64,000 nt of DNA. It comes from the human T2T-CHM13v2.0 reference genome, Homo sapiens. The notes beneath the pieces were generated by a model. The model saw only the letters and a list, made by a program, of their open reading frames with translations, was not told the DNA's origin and searched no databases. The DNA is taken from assembly GCF_009914755.1 (NCBI RefSeq), contig NC_060932.1. One strand, 5' to 3'. Shown here one piece after another: positions 19,623 to 40,600 of this stretch; the first letter of the stretch is position 1; the number at the start of each line of letters is the position of its first letter. Both the position numbers and the translations under genes were made by a program.

Positions 19623-20628
19623 TTTTTTTTTTTTTTTTTTTTTTTTTTTAGAGACAGGGTCTTGCACTATCACCCAGGCTGGAGTGCATTGGTGCGATCA
19701 CGATTTACTTTACCCTTGGCTATCCTGGGCTCCAGTGATCGTCCCGCCTCAGCTTCCTGAGTAGCTGGGACTACCGGTGCACGCCACCATGTCTGTTTTT
19801 GCTGTTGTTGTTGTTGTTTTGTTTTTTGTTTTTGGTAGAGACTGGGTCTCTGTTGTATAGGCTGGTCTGAAACTCTTGGCCTCAAGTGATCTTCCTGCCT
19901 TAGCCTTCCAAATGCTGGGATAACAGGCATGAGCCACCACCCCTGGCTGGCATCTCATATTTCTGTGTAGTCTATAAGACCATCTGAAAAGTTTTTGCTT
20001 CAGGTTAATTTGTGAAGTAAATGATAAAGGCTGATAGATGTTGTTTTCTTATAGAGATTCCAGGGATTATCCTTTCTCCAGTGTTTAACTGACCAAATAC
20101 CATGTTAAGTGTTGTGCAGTGATCCATTTGCTGCCAAATAGATAGACTCAATGTGTGAATTCTTCTATCTTGTCATTGTCAATAGTGAGCAGCTACTTTA
20201 TCCAGAAATTTTGGCAGTTAAAAGATTATACCAAAGCAGAGTTGTTATTCTTAGTTGGCACTAAGAAACCAATAGTCAAAAGAAACCTGTGGTCAATAGA
20301 AAAGCAAATTGTTGATCTTATCCATAGTGAATACTTTGCATTGCTTGTTCAGTACAGTAGTTGAGTAATGAAAGAAAAATATTGTTCAAGGATTACAAGG
20401 AGGCTTTTTTTTTTTTTTTTTTTTAAACAAGCAGTCCTCCTGCCTCAGCCTCCCGAGCAGCTAAACCACAGGCACACACCACCACACTCGGCTAATTTTT
20501 AAAAATTTTTTTGTAGAGACGGTCTCGCTATGTTGTCCAGGCAGGTGTCAAACTCCTGGCCTCAAGCAATCCTCCTGCCTTGGCCCCCCAAAGTGCTGGG
20601 ATTACAGGCATGAGTCACCTTGCCCAGC
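19623..20628 (-). mobile_element. Antisense AluJ-like elements (~19623-19950 and deleted copy ~20405-20628)
   Basis: Alu consensus matches with poly-T heads. Confidence 0.85.
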
Positions 20629-21316
20629 TCAGTTTTTTTTTTCCTTTTAATAATAGATTACAGGGTAATACTGAAAAATCACATCATGAAATGAGATTTT
20701 AACAGGACATCCTCATATTAAAATGTAGTAAAATTAGTTTTAATACTGAATGTCCTGTTTTTTATTTAAAGACTTTCATCCATTTATAATTAATAAACAT
20801 GATACTTGATACTTGCTAATGCTTTATTACATTTGATAGCCCTTGTAGTTTATCAGCCTTTAACTTGAAGAACAGATTTTTTCCACAGTTGATAATTGAT
20901 AAATATATTGTTTCATTCTTTATCACGCCACATTAGCCACTTAAGTAATGGTGGTCAAATGTTCCGATTACATCCATTATTATAAATTACCTTTTTGTTG
21001 CTATAATGTAAAAAAATCTGGATAATTGCAATGATTATTCAGACAAATTTAAAGTGGGTATTGGGTACGTTTTCAGTTATCCTAATACTCAAGTGAAAAT
21101 AATTGAGTTCACAAGAAGAGTAAATTAATTGCATCGGTTTTTAAATTTTAGTAACATATGGATCCCTTTGAGAAGGAAAGTTCTTGTGGACTTAGTATTG
21201 TCTTGAATTATTTTTGTTAAACTATTGTTTAGTGCATACATTGAACTTAGGCTCTTAGATCTTTTTTTTTCTTCTTCTTTAGACCTGTAACAAAACTGCA
21301 AGATCTTTTAAAATTA

Positions 21317-21665
<349 letters not shown>

Positions 21666-21886
21666 TTATTAAGTTGTGTTTATCAAACATGTTGGCATGC
21701 TTGTTATTAAACCCTCCCCATGTTAAGTCCTTATAAAAGGCTGCTTACTTGGTACTTGTATGTAGATGATAATATTGAGTTCATAGGTAAATATATGTAC
21801 ATTATTGTCAACTCCTGGTTACAGAGATGATGATCAAGTCTGCCGGTCCCTCATCTGGCACCTCCTATCTGGTAGAGTGTAACTAC

Positions 21887-22146
21887 CCATTAGCATAATG
21901 TTGTAAGCGGAACTGGATAGTAATATGGATAAGTGAAGCCATTGGCATGATATTCTAAACCGAACTGGATAGTAATATTGTGAAATGAAGCCATTAGCAT
22001 AATGTTCTAAGCTTAACTGGACAGTAATATGGATAAATGAAGCAATTATCACAATGTTCTAAGCTGTACTGGACAGTAATATGGATAAATGAAGCCATTA
22101 GCATGATGTTCTAAGCCGAACTGGATAGTACTATTGATAAATGAAG
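21887..22146. repeat. Minisatellite, 5 x 52 bp
   Basis: Units start at 21887, 21939, 21991, 22043 and 22095. Consensus ccattagcataatgttctaagccgaactggatagtaatatggataaatgaag. Confidence 0.93.
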
Positions 22147-22199
22147 AGCAGTCCAGAGGAATCTACTGCAAATCCTAGGGAAAACACCTATTTTGCCCT

Positions 22200-22350
22200 T
22201 TGCCCTGCGACTGTGGGCAGTTAGCCCTGTAACCTTCAGTTTATTCTGTAAAGGTTGTGCTTGCCTCTGAGTTGTCATTTAATGAAATAACATGAATAGG
22301 TTTAATCACGGTCTGATGCAGAGTGATTGATCAATAAATGGTAGCATTTC
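22200..22350 (+). mobile_element. MIR fragment
   Basis: Degenerate MIR core and tail (cttcagtttattctgtaaagg...tcaataaatggtagc). Confidence 0.5.
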
Positions 22351-22401
22351 TTAATGTTATTAATCTAAGAATGCTTAGTCTATGTTAAGATTTGCATTTG
22401 T

Positions 22402-22648
22402 GGCCGGGCATGGTGGCTCACGCCTGTAATCCCAGCACTTTGGGAGGCTGAGGCAGGTGGATCACAAGGTATAGAGATTGAGACCATCCTGGACAACATG
22501 GTAAAATCCCATCTCTACTAAAAATACAAAAATTAGCTGGGCGTGGTGGCATGTGCTTGTAGTCCCAGCTACTCGGGAGGCTGAGGTTGCAGTGAGCCGA
22601 GATCATGCCACTGTACTCCAGCTTGGCAACAGAGTGAGACTCCGTCTC

Positions 22649-22683
<35 letters not shown>
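22402..22683 (+). mobile_element. Alu with (TAA)n tail (22649-22683)
   Basis: Alu consensus; tail converted to about 11 TAA units. Confidence 0.9.
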
Positions 22684-23357
22684 TATACATTTGCATCAAG
22701 CCTGTACTTCTGTGTAAAGAATGGGTTGGTTTTTTAAAAGAGGTCATATGGGATGCCATTAAGGCATTTGTGCATTCTGAATTAAGTTAATTTCTGCCCG
22801 TGGTCAAAGGTGAACAGATATGCTTCTGGATGTTTGTGATTCTTGATGCCCCCACACTGCTGAGAGGACGCCCCTGCACGTCTTGCCGCAGGGGCCCTGA
22901 TGGATGCATCTCAGGTTGGGCACAATTGCTTTGGTACCAGCAGCAGGCCATTAAGATGAGGTCCATTGGAAAGAGGTAACTTACTGGTAATGGAAAGCCA
23001 GGTTCACAAAGCTTGGGTTGAAAAGTCCATGGTTTAACTACATTATAATAGGAAACTCAATTCTTCATATATGCAACCTATGTAAAGTAACATGATTAAT
23101 TAGAAAAAGGAGATTACATTTTAAGCTTATCTTTTCCACTAGTCACTTGTGAATGTAATCACAGTGAAGTCATATGAATTGTGAAAGAAAGTCGATTTCT
23201 ACTTTTAATAAGCATCAGTGGGTGGTGCTTCCAGCAAATCTTGAGACTAGGGCTTCTGTCTTATTAATCCTTGCCTTTGGGCAGGCACTGTTAGATGCTG
23301 AAGATATACAGCCTCTTTTCTCACATGTACAATGTGGTGGAACTTAGAGATAGGCTG

Positions 23358-23358
23358 T

Positions 23359-23390
<32 letters not shown>

Positions 23391-23672
23391 GATGGAGTAT
23401 TGCTGTGTCACTCAAGACTAGAGTGCAGTGGCACCATCTCAGCTCACTGTAACCTCTCCCTCCTGGTTTCGAGCAATTCTCGTGTCTCAGCCTCCTGAGT
23501 AGCTGAGACTACAGGCGTGCCCCACCACGCCCAGCTAATTTTGTGTATTTTTAATAGAGATGGAGTTTTGCCTTGTTGCCCAAGCTGGTCTGGAACTGCT
23601 GGGCTCAAGTCAGCCTCTCTTCTCGGTCTCCCAAAGAGCTGGGATTACAGGTGTGAACCACCATGCCCAGCC
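23358..23672 (-). mobile_element. Diverged Alu with (ATTT)n tail
   Basis: Alu consensus match. Confidence 0.85.
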
Positions 23673-23819
23673 AGGACTAAATTTCTGAGGTTGTTGAAAA
23701 GCGCTACAAGTGTTATTAATAGCTTGCCTTTTAAGGATAATATAAACTATACCTAAATATAAAGAGTTTGCTCCTCATCCTGGTGTTTGGTAACTGTATT
23801 CATTAAAGAGATAAGCCGG

Positions 23820-24720
<901 letters not shown>

Positions 24721-25468
24721 TTTTTTTTTTAACTTTTAGGTTTGGGGGTACATGTGATGGTTTGTTACATAGGTAAACATGTTACGGGGTTTTGTTGTAC
24801 ATATTATTTCATCACCCAGGTATTAAGCCTGGCACCCAATAGTTATCTTTTCTGCTCCTCTCCCTCCTCCCACCTCTAGACCCCGGTGTCTGTTGTTTCC
24901 TTCTTTGTGTTCACAAGTTCTTATTTAGCCCCAATTTATAAGTGAGAACATGTGGTATTTGGTATTCTATTCCTGTTAGTTTGCTAAGAATGATAGCCTC
25001 CAGCTCCATTTATGTTCCCGCAAAAGACATGATCTTGTCTTTTTTTATGGCTGCGTAGTATTCTACGGTATATACGTACCACATTTTCTTTTATCCAGTC
25101 TGTCATTGATGGACATTTAGGTTGATTCCATGTCTTTGCTATTGTGAACAGTGCTGCAATGAACATTTGCATGCGTCTTTATGGTAGAATGTTTTATATT
25201 CCTCTGGGTATATACCCAGTAATGGGATTGCTGGGTCAAATGGCAGTTTTGCTTTTACCTCTTTGAGGAATCGCCATAGTGCTTTTTACAATGGTTGAAC
25301 TAATTCACACTCACACCAACAGTGTATAAGTATTACCCTTTCTCCACAACCTCGCCAGCATCTGTTGTTTTTTTGGCTTTTTACTAATAGCCATTCTGAC
25401 TGGTGTGAAATGGTATCTCATTGTGGTTTTGATTTGCATTTCTCTAATGATCAGTGATATTGAGCTTT
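24721..25468 (-). mobile_element. 5'-truncated primate L1 (old L1PA/L1PB) 3' end
   Basis: Poly-T followed by ggtttgggggtacatgtg...gtttgttacataggtaaac. The ORF2 C-terminal remnant MFIAALFTIAKTWNQPKCPS appears in the ORF track (24984-25172). Confidence 0.9.
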
Positions 25469-25612
25469 ACCTCTTAGACTCTGGACAGCCCACACATTCT
25501 CGGGAATAGTTTAGTCTTGACAAAATGGAAACTGGAGTAGTCAATTTCTTAGACACCTTTGGTGCTAACTTCTCAGTCATTTAATCTACGTGTGTGGTGT
25601 GTGTGTGTGTGT

Positions 25613-26165
25613 TCTGAGACAGGGTCTCGCTGTGTCACTCAGGCTGGAGTGCAGTGGTGGTATCTCAACTCACTGCAACCTCTGTCACCTGGGCTCAAGT
25701 GATCCTCCCACCTCAGCTTCCTGAATAGCTGTGAATATTGGCATGGGCCACCATGACCAGCTAATTTTTGCATTTTTTGTAGAGACAGGGTTTCGGCATG
25801 TTGCCCAGGCTGGTCTCGAACTCCTGAGCTCAAATCATCACCTGCCTTGGCCTCCTAAAGTGCTGGGATAACAGGCATGAGCCACTGTTCCCAGATAATT
25901 TTTGCATTTCTTGTAGAGATGGGGTCTTGCCATGTTGCTCAGGTTGGTCTTGAACTCCTGAGCTCAAGTGATCTGCCTTTCTTGGCCTCCCAAAGTGCTG
26001 GGATTACTGGCATGAGCCACTATGCCCAGCTAAGTTTTGCAGTTTTTGTGGAGATGGGGTCTTGCCATGTTGCCCAGTTTGGTCTTGGACTCCTGAGCTC
26101 AAGTGATCCTCCTTTCTTGGCCTCCCAAAGTGCTGAGTATAAGGCATGAGCCACTGTGCCTGGCC
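25613..26165 (-). mobile_element. AluJ-like element with tandemly triplicated left arm
   Basis: One right arm followed by three ~135-bp left arms (25761, 25895, 26030). Confidence 0.85.
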
Positions 26166-26305
26166 TACACCGTGTATTCTAAAAGCATAGAATGCTTTAT
26201 GGTGTATGGAACCTTGCTGGTCCTGTGGGAGGCACACAGAATGATAGTTTTATTCATATGTAGTGTACAGTCTGTCTTTTGAAAGGACATCATTTTGGTA
26301 TACAC

Positions 26306-26460
26306 CAGTGCTTCTCAGATTTTAATGGCATTCCTGAGGGTTTGTTAAAGTGCAGATGCTAATTCAGTAGGTCTATGGTGGGACCTGAGGTTCTGTTTCT
26401 TACAGGCTTCCCATGATGGCCACTGGTTGGCAGACCACACTTTGAGGAGCAAAGGGCCTA
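26306..26460. mobile_element. MER5-family hAT-Charlie fossil
   Basis: cagtgcttctcag...ttgttaaagtgcagatgctaattcagtaggtct...gaccacactttgaggagcaaagg. Confidence 0.65.
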
Positions 26461-27672
26461 ATAAACAGTGGTTTGGGAGGAGGCTTAATGGACGTGTGTC
26501 TGGCGGGCACCGTGGAGTAGGAAATGTAGACCATGTTTGGGGTGCATATACTCAAATTCTCTTTACAGAGGAGCAGGCACGATCTCACCACGGTGTCCTT
26601 GGCTATTTTGGTTTTGTCTCCCTAACACTCTCCCCACTCACTTTTCATGGCCCTCTGCTGGAACTTCCTCTGGTGTTCTCCAGCTCCAGACTTTTGACTT
26701 GAGACCTTCTGACTCTCAGAGCCTGTGTATTTGGTATATTTGTGTGTGGGCAGGGATGGGCATAGAGGGCAATTTCACCACAAATATTTAAATTTTAACA
26801 TTGCCACATCACGAAAATCAGTTTCCTTTTAGATGTTCCCATCTGGGCTGTGTGTACAATAATCTTTATGATGTCTCTGGCACATCCCCTTGCTGAGGTT
26901 GGGCACCTTGTAGATGATCTGTGGGTGTGCACCTGCAGCACTGAGTCTTCTAGGCTGTGTTTGCAGGGCCCTTCACCTGATGCCACCTCGCAGATTCTAA
27001 CCTTCATCTCCGGGCACACTTGCCCTTTCCCCAGGCCTGGGAAGCTCCTCCTCCTCATCCCTGTTCCAGGCACATGACTGCTTCCTTTTGCAGAATGAAT
27101 GAAATTTATTTCAGGGAAAAACATAGTAGGTAGGTTTTATATCCCAAAAGTGTCCTTCCATCTGTTAAGGCCAAGTTTAAATGTTACCTTTTCCACTAAA
27201 AATTGCAGGTCATGCTTATTTCTCTCTCCCTCAAGCTGTATTGATAAAGGGAAATAATGAGATGGAAGTCACAAAGTGCTTGTCGTGGTGTGTGTGCCAT
27301 GCTCGCCAGCGCCAGCCACCCTGCCTGCTGCTGGCAGAGCACCTGGGTGTGAGGGTCAGGGCGGGTAGAAACAAGCTGTGGGGTGAGGTAGAAACGCCAG
27401 TGTATAGCGGAAGAGCGCGGCCTCTTACTCAGGTCTCATCTCAGCACGGCAGAACTGTGGAGGGGCTTTAACTCAGTATACACTCCTGAAACATTTTTAA
27501 ATGACCAGGGTCAATAGATATATGACAGATAGATACAAATAGATACATAGTAGATATTTGTCAATTTGTGAGGTAGAAAGCCTTGTAATGTGTTCCAAGC
27601 ACTACAAACATTTTTCTGAGATTACGTTGTTATTTATCTAAGGCCTCTGTTAGCACTTTTGGTTGAATATGA

Positions 27673-28207
<535 letters not shown>

Positions 28208-28362
28208 TGATATATCATTGTTATTATATAGTCATCCTACAGTCATATAGAGCACTGGAACTCATGCCTCCTATCTAGCTGTAATTTTATATCCATGAGC
28301 AAATCTATCCCTATACTCTCCCTCCCCCTAACTTCACCAGCTATTTCTTATTTTAAAGAATT

Positions 28363-28403
<41 letters not shown>
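28363..28403 (+). repeat. (AAC)13 microsatellite
   Basis: Directly visible. Confidence 0.95.
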
Positions 28404-29389
28404 GAAAATCCTGTGAGCCAAGTGTAAGCTCCTTGGATAGCTCTTAATTCTGCAGTCTACTTGGGTTCTTCCATGTTTTAATATTGAACAGAGCAACTGA
28501 TCCTGTAGCCTGTGTACTGTGGATGGCACACTTCCCCTAATCTATCCTTCAAATCACGGAGCAGTGACCACTCACAGGGTCATTCTTGTTTCCAGGATCC
28601 TGCATCTGTTGAAACCTTGGATCTCTGTTCTGAATCTTGCCTCCTATGACTGCTGCTCACTCCTTTCCCTCCCCGCCCAACTGGACAGGACTCTGATCCC
28701 TTACTCCACTAATGAAAGCTGATATCCTGTAAGTGATATCAGCTTTTTGGGTTTGGCCAATTTTGCTGAAGACTTGTGCTAGTGGAGGAGGGTTGAAGCA
28801 TAGTTTAACACAAGGATATCAGTATTTTAAAAAACTCATGGTTCTCTTCCAACCATGGGCTGGGAGAGGATAATGGAAACAACAAAACTACACTGGCCAC
28901 AGTTTTACTAGGAACATCCTTCTGCCCATGGAAACCACACCCTAGAACCCAGCGACAGATAGCCAGATGTCTACCACACATAAAGCACTGTATTCTTGAT
29001 TTAAAAGGCCACAGTGATAAAATGCATACCTTCTTTTAGACATGAGTAAGAATTACGGCATCACACCAGGGCTCATCCTCTGGCCTGGCTTGTGAGGGAT
29101 GGGGGGAAGCCTGTTAGACGGTCTGAGTTCAAATGCCATCCCTCCCACCAGCATTAGAGAAACCTGAGTCAGCTCACCCAAACCCAGGCTGAATCCCTGC
29201 TGGGCTCTGCCTCTGCATATCTACCTCCTAGTGATCTACCCTAGGGCTAGGTAGGGAGCTTTCCAAGATGCTACCTTGGAAATCACTTTTTTTTTTCCTT
29301 TAGGATGTAAAGAAACATATTCTCAAGCTGAGTTTCAACTACTTCAAACTTCAGAGCTTTTGTATGTATATGAACACACAAAAGCCCAC

Positions 29390-29542
29390 ACTGTGCCCAG
29401 CCATGCCTGGCTAATTTTCTATCTTTAGTAGAGACGGGGTTTCTCCATGTTAGTCAGGCTGGTCTCAAACTCCTGACCTCAGGTGCTCTGCCTGCCTCAG
29501 CCTCCCAAAGTGCTTACAGGTGTGAGCCACCGCGCCTGGCCG
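29390..29542 (-). mobile_element. Alu left-arm fragment
   Basis: Alu consensus match. Confidence 0.8.
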
Positions 29543-30507
29543 AAATACTTTCTTTTGAGAATATTTCTCATTGAATGGTGGCTCTAACTATTTGGTTACC
29601 ACTGAGTTTCAAGATGTGTTCCCTGGGCCACGAAGAAGTCAGCTACTTGTCAAGGATCAGCTATGTTATGGGTGGATCCTGCTAGAACCAAAGATGGGAA
29701 TAGTTTCATTACGAGCAGCCTTTGTGTTGAAAATAATTTCATCACTGAGAAGTATGTTTTTGTCAACAGATGTACTGCTTTTTGGAACTGTTTTCTCTAG
29801 GCAAACAGTAAAGGTACAAATAATCCCCCACGATGACTCAGAACATTTTTTGTCAGCTCAGGTTCTAAATATTTATGTTGTAGCCTGGAATGAAATTTTC
29901 ATGAGTTCTGTATAATTTGAAAAACATTTTGCAAAGCAGTGTGGGAGACACCCACTGTTGGCCTCTTTGCTTTCATCTGAGAGGTGGACATTGATTAGTG
30001 GCCCCTGAGGGCAGATGTGTGTGATATGGGAGAGAGGGGATGCTGTGGGCCATAATTCCCCAAGTGAGGGTGAAAGCAGTCTGAGAGGACAAGCTGGCCC
30101 ACAGAGACAGACGTGGGGTTGGACAGAGGGGAAGGTGCTGTGACTCAGGGCTGGCTCCTGTGGTTTCTGAAGCCCAGCTCCATGCATGCCCTTTCCATGG
30201 TCACGTGAGCTATGAGTAGGTTTATGATTGCCTTGCTTTTCTGTCCTAATACAAGCTGTAGATGGAATCTGGAAGTGTTGTTCATGGTGTAGTTTATTCA
30301 TGCTTCAGTCAGTCTTTATCAAGTGCTTACTGGGGCCCAGGTATTGGCACATGCCCTGCTGGTTGGTGCGGCCCACCAGAAATATAGACCTTTCAGTCTC
30401 CAGGGTAACCATGTAGGGGCTAGACAGGTCCTCTTTGGATGTGTCAGATGCACCCTGGACATGTGGAGGTAGAGCATATAGGGGAAGCCAGTCCACCTTT
30501 AAGTTAA

Positions 30508-30861
<354 letters not shown>

Positions 30862-31079
30862 TAGAGGGGGGTGACCAACATCCACATCAGACCTACTCTT
30901 CTAAGCATGAATGACTCGTGTGCCCAGGGTGGTCACTAGACTTGAAATCATGTTGACCAGTGCTGGAATGTGGCCCTGCCATTCTATGAGGCCCACTCAG
31001 TTCTAACCTTGGTGGTGCTGAGCTCGGAGGACAGGAATGGCTGGGAGGTGAGGTTCTGGCATGCCTCTATTTCCATGGG

Positions 31080-34170
<3,091 letters not shown>

Positions 34171-34204
34171 CTTCCATTATCTTTTTCCCCTAACTTTACA
34201 ATTG

Positions 34205-34287
34205 GTTCATTGGGATATTAAATGCATTTTTGAGTTATGATGGGTTGATCAGCACATAACACCATCGAAAATCCAGGAGTAGCTATA
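34205..34287. mobile_element. MER82/Tigger-like DNA transposon end fragment
   Basis: aaatgcatttttgagttatgatgggttgatcagcacataacaccatcgaaaatccaggagtagct resembles the recalled MER82 terminus. Confidence 0.45.
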
Positions 34288-34759
34288 TAAGGCAAAAAAG
34301 GTGTAACTAATGAAAGGATACTGAATGACTTGAAAGAAACCAGTAGATGTTTACAATTGACGGGGAACCATGGGAGAGAGACTCTGGTACATAACAACAG
34401 TGAAATCGTACTGAGAACTCTGAAGGATTTGACATGGAAACATAGGAAACATACAAGAAGTAAGAAAGGGAAGGAGGGAAGAAAGTAAAAGAAGGAAAGG
34501 GGGAGGAGTAAGGAAGGGAGGAAGGGGAAGACGCTTGGTGGTACTAAAAGCAGAAACTTAATCAGTTTCTGAAATTTAAACATTTGAAATAGGAGATAAA
34601 AAGGGAAATTTTGGCATATTTCAACTATAGTGTGGACTTGAATGTCGAATAGAAGAAATATCTCAAAACAGAGCAAAAACGCAAAGATCATGACTAGGAA
34701 TATGAGTCCTGAAGGAGAGTTCTTGGAGAACTAAATGTGAAACATAAATATCAATTATC

Positions 34760-38300
<3,541 letters not shown>

Positions 38301-38935
38301 TTATCTAGGGCATCCATTTTGAGACTGGGGCAGATGTAGTGAAAAAGGGAAAAAAATGAGTAAATGTTTGAAATGGAGACAGAAACAAAGAGAATGAGAC
38401 GTCCTGTGAATGGAAGAAACAGAGAGAAGGGAACATGGTCATATTTACAAATCAGAGATCTGAAAATGGAGGCTCACACCAATAGTGTCACTGACAGACA
38501 GGAGGGTCACCCGCAGGGCTGCAGACAGACTGGGGTTCACACTGCCATGGGCGCTGGCAGCCACATCGGCAGGCAGGAGGGTCCAGATGCCCAGCTGAGG
38601 GGTAATGATAACCTGGGTGGTGATGTCGGCCATTAGAGGGGCCTCTTCTGCTGGCAAGTGTGTGACAGTAGCAAGAAGGACAGGCCTGCGTGGAACGCAG
38701 GAGGGGCTCTTCTGTGGCTGGATGTGGGACCCTGACCAGGAATGTGGGGAAATGGACAGGTAAGCGGATCATGCTGGCCAGTAGATTGGCCAGCACTATA
38801 AGCTGAAGGACAATAATGGGGAGTGGCTGTGAGGCCCTGGGAGTGTCTGAGTGTGAACGGAGATGGGTGCGGGCCACTGGGGAATATGTGGGGGCCACTG
38901 CAGTGTAGACGGAGGTTGTGGGAGAATAAACTGGT

Positions 38936-39630
38936 GAGGTCTGTGAGTTTCTAGGGGTCTCCTAGGTGCCTGGGGCTGGCTCCTGCAGAAAACTGAAGAT
39001 GGTTGGACCAGAGCTGGGAGACACAGGAGTCCCTAAGGAATGGGGGTGAAGAGGTGAGAGAGATGGGGGAGGATCTCAGGGAGGTCTGTGGGTTTTTAGG
39101 TGATTCCTGGGTGTGGGGGGGTTCGGAATCTGGGGATGGTTGGAGAGGAGCTGGGAGACATGGGAGAGTCCCTGAGGGCTGGGAGTGGAGACAGGGGGGA
39201 GGATTCCAGGAAGGCCTGTGAGTTTCTAGGGGTCTCCTGGGTGTTAGGGGCTGCCCCCAGGAGAAATATGGGGATGGCTGGAGAGGAGCTGGGAGGCACT
39301 GGAGAGTCCCAAAGGGCTGCAGGAGAAGAGATGAGAGACAGCGTGGAGGAGGGCACTCAGATTTGCGTCTGTAGGTGATTCTTGAGTGTTGGGGGGCAAC
39401 AGTCAGTTGGAGACATCTGGGGATGATTAGAAAGTAACTAGGAGACATGGGAGAGTCCCTGAGGGCTGGAGCTGAAGGGGTGGGAGTCATAGGGGAGGAT
39501 CCCAGTGAGGTCTGTTAGTTTCTACGTAATTCCTGGGTGTGACGGGCTGACTGTGTCAGAAATTCACAGTGGTTTGGGGAGTAGCTGGGAGAGACAGGAG
39601 AGTCCCTGAGGGCTGGGGGTGAGCTGTGGG
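38936..39630. repeat. Degenerate G-rich tandem array, ~5 x 130-150 bp
   Basis: Units start near 38936, 39081, 39211, 39357 and 39507, sharing gaggtctgtgagtttctagg and gagctgggagaca...gagagtccctgagggctgg. Confidence 0.85.
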
Positions 39631-40473
39631 GCAATGGCAGTAAGAACACGTGGTATATTACTGATGCACATGGTGACTCTGAAGAAGCTCCAGGGAAGGG
39701 CAGAGCCCAGTGGCTTCTGTGATTGTCCCTCATGGTTAGGAAAGGGAAATGGGATATTGTGGGATTTTGGTAAAGACGGAAGTGAGTGTGGTGAAGCCTT
39801 AGGTGATGATGAAAAGTACCCCGGGGTCCTGGTGAGGAGCCCCCTCCTGGGTCTGAGTTTCTGAGAGGGGAGAAGGAGAAGCTGGGTGAGGCTGGCATGG
39901 ATCTTGAGGCCAGGCTGGGGTACTGCTCACAGGAGGAGCCAGGTGAGACCCCACTGTTCTTAGATGCAGACATGATTAGAAACCTGCACTCCCAGGGTCC
40001 CTTACTCCTTTTTTGACCCCTAATATGAAGGGTAGAGTGAGTGTGTGTGTGTGGTGAGAAGTATGTGCTCCTTAAGAAAGTGGGAATAAACAAATGAGAC
40101 AGACAGAGATTCACTTACCCAAGTGTTCTGTCCTGTCCTCTGAATCCGCTCCCAGGTCATAGGATGCGGTGAGCTCCCGGGTGCACCCAGAACCAGCAGC
40201 ACGCTCTAACCACTGCTGTCCCCTGCAAGGATCTGAGCACCAGCAGGCCAGGGTGGGCTTAAGTAGCCGTGGGCAGGGCCTGACAGCGGAAAGGGTGGAG
40301 CTTTATGCATTTTTCCCTGAGTCTCACCCAGCTTTCCCAGGCTCCACTGCATAGGAAGATGCTCTCCTGATTTGCTTTCATGTGAAACATTTGGGACAGT
40401 CTAAAAACTTAGAACTTTTGTTGGCCAAATATATGATGAATCAATAGCACTTAACTCTGAAAACCGTCTAGCT

Positions 40474-40600
40474 GTGTGGTTCTCACATTGTGGCCCTGAG
40501 ACCAGCAGCATCCTTGTAACCCTCAAACCCGGAGATCTGCAGATCTGTGTTGTAAGAAGCCTTGCCCCTGCCCCTGATGCATGGCAGTTTAAGAACCACG
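40474..40600. mobile_element. MER5A-like fossil
   Basis: gtggttctcacattgtggccctgagaccagcagcatc...agtttaagaaccac. Confidence 0.6.

Noticed and set aside
21887-22146. Possible CRISPR-like array
   Set aside because: Units are contiguous with no unique spacers, there are no cas genes, and the context is primate genomic DNA. It is a minisatellite.
28715-28748. Rho-independent terminator-like hairpin plus T-run
   Set aside because: A bacterial terminator is not meaningful in this eukaryotic context; kept only as an inverted repeat.
38951-40114. 179-aa and 199-aa Pro/Ser-rich minus-strand ORFs
   Set aside because: Products of the C-rich strand of the tandem array and its flank; no domain similarity recognised and not matched to the splice signals.
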